Assembly: GCA_035289425.1 (NCBI GenBank)
Contig: DATDXC010000032.1
Span: 22,550 to 86,549, forward strand
Length of the DNA: 64,000 nt
Direction of reading: 5' to 3'
DNA from: Candidatus Nanoarchaeia archaeon
GTDB lineage: Archaea; Nanobdellota; Nanobdellia; Woesearchaeales; DATDXC01
Shown here: piece after piece, positions 50,451-60,301 of the stretch
Layout of the letters: each line of letters begins with the position of its first letter
How positions within the stretch are numbered: position 1 is the stretch's first letter
The notes under the pieces: model-generated
What the model was told of the DNA's origin: nothing
Seen by the model: only the letters and a program-made list of their open reading frames with translations
The model's database searches: none
Position numbers and translations under genes: made by a program

Positions 50451-51653
50451 ATGATAGAAGAAGTAACTCTTTACATGAACTATAAATTCTCCCGTGAGGT
50501 TAAAATACCTTTTTCTCGTGTTGACCTGAAGGAGGATTTTTTTGGCTCAAGCCCTGCGCCCTTTGTGGGGCATAACTTTTATCCAAACTTATATGTGGGG
50601 ATAATGAGCCCTCCTGAAATCAGAGAGGATGCCTGGCTGTATGATGCACCCCACTACTGGGGCCAGCATGATTTCACCATACCTGAGGTTGTCAATTTCA
50701 GATCTTCGCTGGTAAATTCCCGTTTTCGGATTAACATCAAAGCAACAAACAAATTTCTTGAGATTGGGAAGGAGATTGGAATGGCTTCGCGGCCTGTTGA
50801 TGTGGAGATAAACCTAACAGAAAAACCAAAAATGATGCTGCAGACAGACCGGTACCATGCACCCACCGGCCCCTTAGCCAAACTGAAGAAAGCAAAGATA
50901 ACTGAAAATGCTCATATCGAATATAAGGTGGATAAGGTAGTTTCTGATGCTGACCTGAAAGCACAGGATGCACTGACCTACCTATATAAGAGCGGCTTTG
51001 ATGAGAATTTCTTGACTAGACTAATCAGCATGGGAACGCTTGGCGTACAGACGGGCAGGAAGCTGGTCCCGACCCGATGGGCTATAACTGCAGTTGATGA
51101 TACGCTGGGCAAGCACTTGCGGGAAGAAGTTCTGGATTTCAGCTATGCTGATTACCAAGTATATTTTGGAGGTTATCTGGGCAATTATTATGCCATCCTA
51201 TTATTTTCTGAACCATGGTCTTATGAGTTATTTGAGATGGGAGTTCCCCTCCAGGCAAATCCCTGGAGCAAGCAGGGTAAATTCTGGGCGACTGATTATG
51301 AAAACCATTACGGCAGGAAGGGGTATGCTGCTGAAACTGCAGGGGGGTATTATGCTGCACGCATTGGCGTACTTGAAAAACTGAAGCAGATGAAACGACA
51401 GGCAAGTGTGCTGTGCCTTAGATTTATAAGCAATGAGTATACTATGCCGTTGGGAGTGTGGGTGGTGAGGGAAGCTGTCAGGAAGGCACTCCAATCCAGG
51501 CCATTGGAGTTTGGATCCTGGCAACTGATGGTAGAATATGTACAGAATCTGGCTAAAAAGAAATTTAATGCTGATGTTGTACCTTTGTTTTCGGAGAGCA
51601 TTATGCTCCGCACCATGAGAACACAAGCAAAATTAACGCAGTTTATACGATAA
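50451..51653 (+). CDS. hypothetical protein
   Basis: A 400-aa ORF with no recognisable motif. Confidence 0.35.
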   Translation: MIEEVTLYMNYKFSREVKIPFSRVDLKEDFFGSSPAPFVGHNFYPNLYVGIMSPPEIREDAWLYDAPHYWGQHDFTIPEVVNFRSSLVNSRFRINIKATNKFLEIGKEIGMASRPVDVEINLTEKPKMMLQTDRYHAPTGPLAKLKKAKITENAHIEYKVDKVVSDADLKAQDALTYLYKSGFDENFLTRLISMGTLGVQTGRKLVPTRWAITAVDDTLGKHLREEVLDFSYADYQVYFGGYLGNYYAILLFSEPWSYELFEMGVPLQANPWSKQGKFWATDYENHYGRKGYAAETAGGYYAARIGVLEKLKQMKRQASVLCLRFISNEYTMPLGVWVVREAVRKALQSRPLEFGSWQLMVEYVQNLAKKKFNADVVPLFSESIMLRTMRTQAKLTQFIR

Positions 51654-52396
51654 TGGAATTCCATAAGAATTTAGTTGGACTGCAGAACGCTGTTGCAGTG
51701 GCGAAGAAAAACAAGATAAACCTGTCTAAAGGCCTGGATGATGAGAAATCTGTCTATGATTATGGCGAGAAGCAACGCGTGTATTACCTAAATAATGTAA
51801 GGTCCCACCTCCGGTTGGTCAAGGCCGAAGCCCTCCAGCTACCGCCGTTGATCAAGTTTGATACCTCAAACCAAGAGGCAGTAACTAAGATATTGGAGCT
51901 GATACCAGAACTTGAAAGTACTGAGATTACCAGTCTGGAAAAGACTGTTGCGAAGCTCCTCAGCCTGGTTAAACAACTGAACATGCCAAAGGACATGCAG
52001 CAGAACTTTTCCCTTACTAGAAATATTCCTCTTGAGATTAAAGCCGACATCGGGGCAGATATCGCAGAGCTCAACAAATGCTTCAATACCGAATGCTATC
52101 GGAGCTCTATAATATTATGCGGGAGGATATTGGAAACAGCATTGCACCGTAAATACTTTGAGGCTACCGGCAATGATCTGCTCGAGAAAAGTCCAGGTAT
52201 AGGGTTGGGCAATATCATCGCCAAGCTGAAGGAGCAGAACGTAAGCCTTGATCCGGCACTCTCAAATCAGATACATCTTCTAAATCAAGTCAGGGTGTTC
52301 TCAGTCCATAAGAAGAAAGAAGCGTTCACGCCAACGCAACAGCAGACACATGCTATAATCCTGTACACATTAGATGTGCTGGAGAAGTTATTCTGA
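51653..52396 (+). CDS. hypothetical protein with C-terminal HEPN-like Rx6H motif (Abi/DUF4145-like?)
   Basis: 'RSSIILCGRILETALH' fits the HEPN Rx4-6H pattern. The call is tentative. Confidence 0.35.
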   Translation: MEFHKNLVGLQNAVAVAKKNKINLSKGLDDEKSVYDYGEKQRVYYLNNVRSHLRLVKAEALQLPPLIKFDTSNQEAVTKILELIPELESTEITSLEKTVAKLLSLVKQLNMPKDMQQNFSLTRNIPLEIKADIGADIAELNKCFNTECYRSSIILCGRILETALHRKYFEATGNDLLEKSPGIGLGNIIAKLKEQNVSLDPALSNQIHLLNQVRVFSVHKKKEAFTPTQQQTHAIILYTLDVLEKLF

Positions 52397-53276
52397 TAAG
52401 TCTATTGGTCCATTCTTTAGAAAAAAATTTATAAGTGCCAATAAGTTATCTTATAATATGATAAGTCACCTAAAAAGAGTTATTCCTGAGAGTAGGATTA
52501 AGGAGTTGTTAAGATGGTATTACAGAACGAATCACTATGAAGGATATGTTAGGCACGGAACGGAAGATTATGATAATGTGTCGGTTAGATTCAAAGATAG
52601 GAATCCGGTATTCAGATTTCTGGAAGGGCCGCTTGCATCAATGGAAATAATTTTTGCTGCAGGGACTGAACACGTTCTTCTCGTGCCAGCGGAACTTCCA
52701 GGATACTTCAATAGAAGAATTCCCGACAATGCATTTGTTATCGATGCCGGAGCCTATCCCGGTGATTATACCGTTGCGGCTGCTCAGATGGCAGTCCGGG
52801 GGATGGTCGTCGCTCTGGAGCCCAATCCACTTCACTTAAAGGTATTGCGGCATACCCTGCAGGCTAATCGGGTGGATCATGACGTTTGCGTGCTGCCCTA
52901 TGCCCTATCAAATGTATGCGGAGAAGGTTATTTATTTGAGACTGATGGCGTGGAATCAAAATTGGTCAGTAAGTCAGATCCTGATAAGCGGAACTTGATT
53001 CAAGTAAATACTACCACTGCAGATCACCTGATTAAAACTTACAATCGAGACGAACTACCAGTTTTCGTCAAAATGGATATTGAAGGAGGGGAAATAAGGG
53101 AATTGGAAGGTGCTCAAAACGCGATTAAAAGCGGTGCACATTTCGCAATCGCTTCCTATCATGTTATACGGGGCAGAAGAACCTTTGAACCCCTAAAAAA
53201 GCTTTTTGAGGCATCCGGCTATAGTGTAACTAGCAGAAACCCCGATCACCTAACTTTAATAGCTGAAAGAGCTTAA
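52374..53276 (+). CDS. FkbM-family methyltransferase
   Basis: Has the 'VIDAGAYPGDYT' SAM-binding motif. The true start is probably an internal Met. Confidence 0.55.
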   Translation: MCWRSYSDKSIGPFFRKKFISANKLSYNMISHLKRVIPESRIKELLRWYYRTNHYEGYVRHGTEDYDNVSVRFKDRNPVFRFLEGPLASMEIIFAAGTEHVLLVPAELPGYFNRRIPDNAFVIDAGAYPGDYTVAAAQMAVRGMVVALEPNPLHLKVLRHTLQANRVDHDVCVLPYALSNVCGEGYLFETDGVESKLVSKSDPDKRNLIQVNTTTADHLIKTYNRDELPVFVKMDIEGGEIRELEGAQNAIKSGAHFAIASYHVIRGRRTFEPLKKLFEASGYSVTSRNPDHLTLIAERA

Positions 53277-53278
53277 CT

Positions 53279-53851
53279 CTACTCTGACGGTTTCCACTTG
53301 ATGCTGCATCCTTGGGAATACACAAACCATGGATCTACTTTTTGTCCAGAAAGCATCTTATCCAAGACCAACTGCAGGGTATGCTCCTTGGGCTTGTCAT
53401 CAGGATTCATGGCATCATTAATTCTTCCATGATAGACTAATTTGTGATCCCTATCAAAGACAAAAGGGTCTGGTGTACAGGTAGCGCCATAGGAGCGAGC
53501 AACATCCTGAGATTCATCATAGAAGTAATATGTATAGCCGAACTTCTTAGCCAACTCCTGCATATGCTCAAAACTGTCTTCTTCCACGTAATTGACATCA
53601 TTGGAGCTGATGCATACGACTACAACACCCTTAGGAGCATATTTCTTCTGTATATCTGCAATCTCCTGCATCTTTGGCTTTACATAGGGGCAATGATTGC
53701 ACATGAAGATGATTACTAATGCTTTTCCTTTGAAATCAGTGGGAGAAACTAACTTTCCGTCCACATTTTTTAAGGAGAAATCAGGAGCTTTGCTCCCTTT
53801 TTTTAATGTGTACATATCGGATTGCAACAATGACATGGTATCACCCGGCAT
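53279..53851 (-). CDS. thioredoxin-fold thiol-disulfide oxidoreductase (redoxin/TlpA-like)
   Basis: Has the 'CNHCP' CxxC motif in a thioredoxin-like context. Confidence 0.6.
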   Translation of the reverse strand: MPGDTMSLLQSDMYTLKKGSKAPDFSLKNVDGKLVSPTDFKGKALVIIFMCNHCPYVKPKMQEIADIQKKYAPKGVVVVCISSNDVNYVEEDSFEHMQELAKKFGYTYYFYDESQDVARSYGATCTPDPFVFDRDHKLVYHGRINDAMNPDDKPKEHTLQLVLDKMLSGQKVDPWFVYSQGCSIKWKPSE

Positions 53852-53877
53852 ATGGAAAGAAGACTGTTTTAAAAATA

Positions 53878-54777
53878 TTATGTTTGTATGGAAGCAAAAA
53901 TATCTTTTAAGTCGTCAGCTGACTCTGCCCTGCTCATCTGGTCTCTTGCAACTGATCCCCCTACCAATCCTTTAGTAAAGGCCTGGGACTGGCGTTTCAT
54001 GACAGCAAAATCAGTGCTGTATTTCTGGCAGTATTTGAGATATTCAAAAAATGCTTTCGTTTTATCATATTTCTTTAATTTTCCTTTCAAATAATCTTTT
54101 ATTTCTGAGAAAATAGTCGGATTTCCAATAGCTCCTCTGGCGACCATGATCGAGTCAACGCCGGTATCAAACATCTTTTGAGCCGAAGGGCCATCAAAAA
54201 TGTCCCCATTGCCCAGAATAGGCACTGAAGCAGTATTTTTTATCTTCCTTATCAATTCATAGTCGACTGGCCGTTCATAGTTTACTGTCCGTGGCCTGCC
54301 ATGTACAGCAATTGCCGCAACACCATTATCCTCGCATACTTTGATGACATCGAGCGCATTCAAGTGTTCTTTGTCCCATCCAATCCTGATTTTTACTGTT
54401 ACCGGAAGGTTTGTCTTTGCAGTCAGGATAGACAACATCTTATCAATTCTTTCAGGATATCTCAATAAGTATGACCCCCGAATACTTTTTACCACATCGG
54501 AATGCGGGCATCCTAGATTTATATCAAAGGCTTTTACTTTGCCTTCGACAGCCTGGGCGCAGGTTGCTAGATCCTTGCCATCGTTGCCCAAGAATTGCGC
54601 TACCACATTCTTTTCATCCACAAAATCAGATAGTTTCCTGTCTCCTGCCAAGAATGCCCTGCTGTCAATCATCTCAGAGTAGGCTATATCAGCACCATAG
54701 TCGGTACAAAGCTTTCTGAAAGCTAGGTTGGTAACTGCCACCATGGGCGCCAGTATGATCTTGTTTTTGTAGTTCAC
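53878..54777 (-). CDS. dus: tRNA-dihydrouridine synthase
   Basis: A TIM-barrel FMN-binding protein with '[14 protein letters not shown]' and the conserved Cys in 'NLGCP'. Confidence 0.8.
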   Translation of the reverse strand: MNYKNKIILAPMVAVTNLAFRKLCTDYGADIAYSEMIDSRAFLAGDRKLSDFVDEKNVVAQFLGNDGKDLATCAQAVEGKVKAFDINLGCPHSDVVKSIRGSYLLRYPERIDKMLSILTAKTNLPVTVKIRIGWDKEHLNALDVIKVCEDNGVAAIAVHGRPRTVNYERPVDYELIRKIKNTASVPILGNGDIFDGPSAQKMFDTGVDSIMVARGAIGNPTIFSEIKDYLKGKLKKYDKTKAFFEYLKYCQKYSTDFAVMKRQSQAFTKGLVGGSVARDQMSRAESADDLKDIFASIQT

Positions 54778-54842
54778 CCCCTCTAGAAACAGCCCCCATT
54801 ATAAAAAGTTTTTTATACCCTTATCTCTAAGGCTGAATCGAG

Positions 54843-55445
54843 GTGGTCACTTTGAAAGCATATATTATGGAACTCATAGGGACTATGTTTTTAGTATTAG
54901 CAGTTGGGTTGACCGGCAACCCCATTGCAATAGGAGTCATGCTGATGACCATGGTGTATTTAGGCGGACATATATCTGGAGGGCATTATAATCCTGCAGT
55001 TACTTTGGCTGTTTGGATCAGAGGTAAGCTGCCTTCAAAAGAGGTCGTCCCCTACTGGATATCCCAGATAATGGGGGGATTGATAGCTGGAATCATCATA
55101 TTGTTTGTGGGTAAGTCATTGATCCCGATGCCTAGTGTGGGAATCATGCATGCTGGATTAATTGAGATATTGCTGACATTTGTGATTGCATCAACAGTGC
55201 TCACTACTGCAACATCCAAGGCATTCAAAGACAGCAAGGTGTATGGGCTTGCCATTGGTGCAGCACTGCTCACTGCAGCATTCATTGGGGGAGATATCTC
55301 TGGGGGGGTTTTTAATCCAGCCGTAGCGATTGGACCCCTGGTACTGGCCGGAGCCTATGCAAATATGGCTTTGTATATCATTGCGCCTCTTGTTGGCGGA
55401 GCGCTTGCGGCATATTTGTTCAAATATTTTAACCCGAAAGGGTAA
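54843..55445 (+). CDS. aqpM: aquaporin (MIP family)
   Basis: Two NPA boxes, 'HYNPAVT' and 'FNPAVA'. Confidence 0.85.
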   Translation: MVTLKAYIMELIGTMFLVLAVGLTGNPIAIGVMLMTMVYLGGHISGGHYNPAVTLAVWIRGKLPSKEVVPYWISQIMGGLIAGIIILFVGKSLIPMPSVGIMHAGLIEILLTFVIASTVLTTATSKAFKDSKVYGLAIGAALLTAAFIGGDISGGVFNPAVAIGPLVLAGAYANMALYIIAPLVGGALAAYLFKYFNPKG

Positions 55446-55453
55446 TTTCTCTT

Positions 55454-55843
55454 TTATTTACACCTTTCACAAACCCCTTCCACATCTATCTGGAAGTGGC
55501 AGATGGTGCCTTTTATTTTACTTTTTAGAAAGTCGATTGAATGAATATCTATATGGGATGCCAGTCTGCATTTCTGGCAGACGAAATGACAATGAGACCG
55601 TTCGCTTCTGGAATAGATGGACTTCCTGTCGCAGGTATAAGAATGGAGTTGATGTTTTAAGGTAAGGTCTTTCAGATAGCGGTAGATTGTGGCTATTCCC
55701 ACCTTAGGATCCTGCTTTTTTGCTTTTCTATGGAGGTCTTCAGCAGTAAAAAAAGACTCAAAACTCTTGATCTGCTCCTGCAAAATATTTTTTTGCTTTG
55801 TCTGTCGTGAGGTTTTGGGCATCTTATTGATAATGAAAATCAA
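55454..55843 (-). CDS. Fur-family metal-responsive regulator (Zur-like)
   Basis: Has a wHTH and C-terminal Cys/His motifs 'HCHFVCQKC' and 'CERC'. The true start is possibly Met8 at ~55822. Confidence 0.7.
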   Translation of the reverse strand: MIFIINKMPKTSRQTKQKNILQEQIKSFESFFTAEDLHRKAKKQDPKVGIATIYRYLKDLTLKHQLHSYTCDRKSIYSRSERSHCHFVCQKCRLASHIDIHSIDFLKSKIKGTICHFQIDVEGVCERCK

Positions 55844-55847
55844 TAAG
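55823..55847. promoter_or_regulatory. Fur-box-like palindrome in the Zur-like/ZIP divergent region
   Basis: A perfect 9-bp inverted repeat CTTATTGAT-AATGAAA-ATCAATAAG, immediately followed by a TTTATAAATATA TATA-like box 25 nt upstream of the ZIP gene. Confidence 0.5.
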
Positions 55848-55878
55848 ATTTATAAATATATCTCCCTATCCTATTGGT

Positions 55879-56649
55879 ATGGAAGAAGTCATCACCTTAA
55901 CTCTATTAAGTGTTGTCATTGTTTCCCTCCTTTCTGTAGTAGTTGCGCTTCCATTCCTCATGAAAAAAAAGCTGTCTCAGCATACATTGCTCATTTTATT
56001 AAGCATGTCTGTGGGGGTCCTATTGAGCACGGTATTCCTAGATTTCATGCCAGAGATTGTAGAACATGGGTATTCAATTGCTGTGGGCACCAATATCCTG
56101 CTTGGTTTCCTTATTTTCTTTTTGCTGGAGAAATTCGTGCATTGGCACCACCATAGCAAACAGGAAAAAGACGATGTCCATGGTCATGCATATCATCTGG
56201 CTGCTGTAAACCTGATCGGAGACGGCATCCATAACTTCCTTGATGGGATGGTTATTGCAGGAAGCTATGCGGTTAACATTGTTCTGGGGTTAGCAGCAAC
56301 TATTTCAGTCATTTTTCATGAATTGCCGCAAGAACTCGCTGATATGGGTGTTCTGTTGTATAGCGGACTGTCACGAAGCAAATCCCTCATTTTCAATTTT
56401 ATCTCGGCCATTACTGCAATTATCGGTGCTCTCGTCGGGATTGTCCTTGCCAGTAGCGTTGAGGGCTTTGTTGACTTTGTCGTTCCGTTTTCTGCAGGAG
56501 CTTTCTTATACATCTCAGCTTCAAATGTATTGCCCCAGCTGCATAGGCACTATGATCTGAAGGAATCATTGGTGCATATTGCGGCAATTGTATTCGGTAT
56601 CCTGATTATTGTGGCTGTCACCCTCCTAGGGCCAGGCCATGGTGTATAG
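55879..56649 (+). CDS. zupT: ZIP family metal (zinc) transporter
   Basis: The 'HNFLDG' and 'HELPQELAD' motifs, eight predicted TM helices. Confidence 0.8.
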   Translation: MEEVITLTLLSVVIVSLLSVVVALPFLMKKKLSQHTLLILLSMSVGVLLSTVFLDFMPEIVEHGYSIAVGTNILLGFLIFFLLEKFVHWHHHSKQEKDDVHGHAYHLAAVNLIGDGIHNFLDGMVIAGSYAVNIVLGLAATISVIFHELPQELADMGVLLYSGLSRSKSLIFNFISAITAIIGALVGIVLASSVEGFVDFVVPFSAGAFLYISASNVLPQLHRHYDLKESLVHIAAIVFGILIIVAVTLLGPGHGV

Positions 56650-56688
56650 GAGAAACATTTAAAAAACTCCGATTAATTCTTAGCTAGT

Positions 56689-58452
56689 ATGAAATCAAAA
56701 GAGCTTATCGGGAAGTATATTGAATTTTTTAAGACAAAAAAACATCAGGAAATCCCTAATGCCAGTCTTATCCCTACCAATGATCCCACAGTATTGTTTA
56801 CCACCGCAGGCATGCATCCATTGGTCCCTTATTTATTGGGACAGCCCCATCCTAAGGGCAAACGAATTGTAGATGTGCAGAAATGTATCAGGACAGGAGA
56901 CATAGATGAGGTGGGCGATACTACGCATCATACTTTTTTTGAGATGTTGGGAAATTGGAGCCTGGGCGATTATTTCAAGGAAGAAGCTATCCATTGGTCA
57001 TATGAATTATTGGTCCATGCCCTGAAGATCCCTGCAGAAAGGCTTGCCATAAGCTGTTTTGGGGGAGATAGAGATGCACCAAAGGATGAGGAATCTGCCC
57101 ATATCTGGGAATCATTGGGCATACCCTCAAGCAGGATTGCGTTTTTGCCTAAGAGAGATAATTGGTGGGGTCCTGCAGGCGCCATAGGGCCATGCGGTCC
57201 TGATACTGAGATGTTCTATTGGACTGGTCCAGAACCATTTCCTCAGAAGTTTGATCCTGCCGATAAAAAATGGGTTGAGATATGGAATGATGTGTTCATG
57301 CAATACCATAAACAGAAAGATGGCAGCTACATAGAATTGAAGCAGAAGAATGTGGATACTGGCATGGGTGTTGAAAGGACTTTAGCAGTTCTGAATGCGC
57401 TTAAAGACAATTACCAGACTGATCTGTTTTGGCCAATCATTGAGAAGATTGCTGAGGTATCGGGGAAGAAGTATGAGGGCAATGAGAAAGCATTCAGGGT
57501 TATAGCGGATCATCTTAAGGCAGCGGTCTTCATCTTATCTGATGATAAGGGCGTCAAGCCAAGCAATGTAGAGCATGGGTATGTTCTCCGAAGATTGATC
57601 AGAAGGGCCATCAGATATGGAAGGATGCTCGGTATTACTGCCGCATTTACCGTAAAAGTTGCTTCGGCTGTATTGCCCATCTATCCTGAGTATGAAGAAT
57701 TAAAGAGGAACAAGAAGTTTATTTTTGAAGAGCTTGAAGCTGAAGAAAGAAGGTTTACTGAAACGTTAGAGAAGGGCATGAAGAAATTTAATGCCCTACT
57801 TGCTGAAAGGAAGAAAGTCATTTCAGGGGCTGAGGCTTTCCTGCTTTTCCAAAGTTATGGGTTTCCGATCGAGATGACTACTGAACTTGCAGGAGAGAAT
57901 GGGGTTTCGGTAGATGTTGATGGATTTGAGGCAGAATACAAGAATCACCAGGATTTGAGCAGGACAACTTCTGCCGGTGTGTTTAAATCAGGGCTTGCTG
58001 ATAATTCTGAAGCGACTACAAAGCTACATACCTCTACGCACCTATTGAATGAAGCACTGCGGCAGATAGTGAAGCAGGATATTAGGCAGAAAGGCTCGAA
58101 TATCAATCCTGAAAGGTTACGCTTTGATTTTAATTATGGCGATAAACTAAATGCAGACCAGATATCAAAAGTAGAGAAATGGGTCAATGACCAGATAGCA
58201 AAGGGATTGAAAGTTACCCGAAAAGAGATGCCTTTGAAGGAAGCGCTTAGATCAGGAGTTCAGGCTGAATTTGGGGAAAAGTATCCGGATATTGTCTCAG
58301 TGTACACCATAGGTGATGAACAACATCCAATAAGCCGAGAAATCTGCACTGGGCCGCATGTTAAGAATACTAAGGAGATAGGGCATTTTAAGATTGTGAA
58401 AGAACAGAGTTCTGCTGCCGGCGTGAGAAGGATTAAGGCAGTTATTGAATGA
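56689..58452 (+). CDS. alaS: alanine--tRNA ligase, truncated bacterial-type catalytic core (no C-terminal editing/C-Ala domains)
   Basis: Has an N-terminal bacterial AlaRS core, 'PTNDPTVLFTTAGM', 'HHTFFEMLGNWSLGDYFK' and 'GPCGPDTE', within a protein of only 587 aa. Confidence 0.85.
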   Translation: MKSKELIGKYIEFFKTKKHQEIPNASLIPTNDPTVLFTTAGMHPLVPYLLGQPHPKGKRIVDVQKCIRTGDIDEVGDTTHHTFFEMLGNWSLGDYFKEEAIHWSYELLVHALKIPAERLAISCFGGDRDAPKDEESAHIWESLGIPSSRIAFLPKRDNWWGPAGAIGPCGPDTEMFYWTGPEPFPQKFDPADKKWVEIWNDVFMQYHKQKDGSYIELKQKNVDTGMGVERTLAVLNALKDNYQTDLFWPIIEKIAEVSGKKYEGNEKAFRVIADHLKAAVFILSDDKGVKPSNVEHGYVLRRLIRRAIRYGRMLGITAAFTVKVASAVLPIYPEYEELKRNKKFIFEELEAEERRFTETLEKGMKKFNALLAERKKVISGAEAFLLFQSYGFPIEMTTELAGENGVSVDVDGFEAEYKNHQDLSRTTSAGVFKSGLADNSEATTKLHTSTHLLNEALRQIVKQDIRQKGSNINPERLRFDFNYGDKLNADQISKVEKWVNDQIAKGLKVTRKEMPLKEALRSGVQAEFGEKYPDIVSVYTIGDEQHPISREICTGPHVKNTKEIGHFKIVKEQSSAAGVRRIKAVIE

Positions 58453-58649
58453 GGTCATTGAAAAGTGCTTCGCAGGTTGCCATCAGGCTCCGTGCTCGAT
58501 TTGATTGTCGCTTATTGACATTCCCCGAATGGGACCTCCCCCTTGTCAGTTGGCATAGTTATCTGAGGCACTTCGCATAGGATGGCAACCTTTTCAATAT
58601 CACCTATTGAATGAAAGGTTTAAAAGTGTAACACCATTCTTCTCGGGCT

Positions 58650-59294
58650 ATGAAAAAGCCAGGTATTGAGGAGCTTGCGAATCTAAACCGACTGTATCGA
58701 GGCATGGATGTCCCTGCAATCATAAGACATGCCTATAGTCTTGTCTCTGATGACCCATATCCCCTCAAAGTATTGGCTTTGGAAAGCGGTAAGAGCGGCA
58801 AGGTGCCTGCTGCAGTTATGGAAGCTGGGCTGGCGCATAGGATATCCATAGCTTTCCTTGATGCGGGGGAATATGGTCCTGAAACATATCAGATGGTTGA
58901 CAGATTGCGGTCACAACATACTGTGTTATGGATACGATATGATGGTCTTCCATCTCATTTGAAGGCAGTTGAGGGAAGCGGATATGAACAAAGCAGACAA
59001 CGCAAGGCAATCCTCACGGAGGTCATGTTTAAAGAGCTTCATCCCAGCATAGTGCTTCTGGGAAATATGTATGAGCCTAACAAAGGAAGGACTGATAATG
59101 ATTTCGCCCAGTTTGATGATGCGCATGGAGTTCTGAGGGTCCACCCATTCTGGGGTTATACAAAGGATGCTCTAGAACAGTTTTTGCTTCGCCATAATCT
59201 TCATGCCAACGGAAATCATGTGGAGCCTGCCCGAAGAGAAGGGGAAAGCTGCCCACTTCAGGTAATGAAACCATATATGGGCAGCTATATCTGA
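58650..59294 (+). CDS. hypothetical protein (GC-richer block)
   Basis: A 214-aa ORF with no confident family. Local GC is ~48% against ~40% background. Confidence 0.35.
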   Translation: MKKPGIEELANLNRLYRGMDVPAIIRHAYSLVSDDPYPLKVLALESGKSGKVPAAVMEAGLAHRISIAFLDAGEYGPETYQMVDRLRSQHTVLWIRYDGLPSHLKAVEGSGYEQSRQRKAILTEVMFKELHPSIVLLGNMYEPNKGRTDNDFAQFDDAHGVLRVHPFWGYTKDALEQFLLRHNLHANGNHVEPARREGESCPLQVMKPYMGSYI

Positions 59295-59362
59295 TTTTTT
59301 CTTACTATGTGGTGATTATCAAAGATAAGATTTAAAAATAAATTCTCATTCCAATACTTGAA

Positions 59363-59911
59363 ATGATATCAAATGGGCTCTCGGTGAGGCAGTTAGATAG
59401 AGGGCATGCTGATGAGAGACAGCATGCACTGGAACGACTTGGCTCTACTTATGATAGTCCATCTGTTCACCTCATGGCTATGTATACTGGGGGTTCTCGA
59501 CCGATTGCGGTGTTTCCTCTTCAATTCCTGAATGATGCTGAGAGACCAGATAGATTTAAAGAGCCCGCATTCACGAAAACACATCGTTATATCACTGTGG
59601 GTCCTGTTTTACCTTATAGTGAGCGAGCGGAAATCGGAGTTCGTGTGTGGCAAGGGATAGCAACTTATTTAGGAAAACTGAAAAATAAAGACAGGGTAGA
59701 TGTAGAGGTTGCCCAGCCAAAGTTGGCAGACATACTCAGAGAGTCTGGCTGGATTGACGAACGATGGCAAACCCGGCGTGGACTGCACACCCACCAAGTG
59801 CTACGAGACTATGCGTTACCTTTGGGATTCCGTGAGTTAGGATATTTCATTCCAGAAAGAGATGAATCAGATGATAGCGCTTTACTCAATGATGATTCCC
59901 ATCTAGAATAA
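59363..59911 (+). CDS. hypothetical protein (GC-richer block)
   Basis: A 182-aa ORF of unknown family. Confidence 0.35.
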   Translation: MISNGLSVRQLDRGHADERQHALERLGSTYDSPSVHLMAMYTGGSRPIAVFPLQFLNDAERPDRFKEPAFTKTHRYITVGPVLPYSERAEIGVRVWQGIATYLGKLKNKDRVDVEVAQPKLADILRESGWIDERWQTRRGLHTHQVLRDYALPLGFRELGYFIPERDESDDSALLNDDSHLE

Positions 59912-60199
59912 TCACTTTTTATTTTTATCAAAATACTTTTCGCAGCATTCGTCTGAACAGAAGCGAAGGATTTCATCATCATCGCCTCTCCGTTCTATGA
60001 AATCGTCCTGCAGCGCCTTCCGACATTTGCGGCATTTTGCTTTTTGGCCACTGCCAGAAGCTCCCTCAAGAAAGCCTTCCTCAGCTCCAGATATCTCACC
60101 ATCTTCGACAGCTGCTTCCCTGCCCTCTTCAGAGTATAGATCATCGCTTTCATCAACTGAATCATCAGCATATTCTTCATCATCTGGCATGGACATCAC
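59912..60199 (-). CDS. acidic zinc-ribbon hypothetical protein
   Basis: A Glu/Asp-rich N-terminus followed by 'CRKCRK...CSDEC'. Confidence 0.35.
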   Translation of the reverse strand: MMSMPDDEEYADDSVDESDDLYSEEGREAAVEDGEISGAEEGFLEGASGSGQKAKCRKCRKALQDDFIERRGDDDEILRFCSDECCEKYFDKNKK

Positions 60200-60301
60200 C
60201 TATTTTAAGTTTCTGGGAGTAGTATAAAAGTTTATTGTTTTCTGAGTTGAAAGGATAAGATTTATAAGAAAGAACGCATTCTCTTTGTTCGGTGATACTG
60301 C

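Noticed and set aside
58650-59294. A PAPS-reductase/DndC-like call for this ORF, based on a Gly/Ser/Lys-rich stretch ('ESGKSGK') that looks superficially like a PP-loop.
   Set aside because: There is no canonical SGGKDS PP-loop and no further supporting motifs, so it is left as hypothetical.
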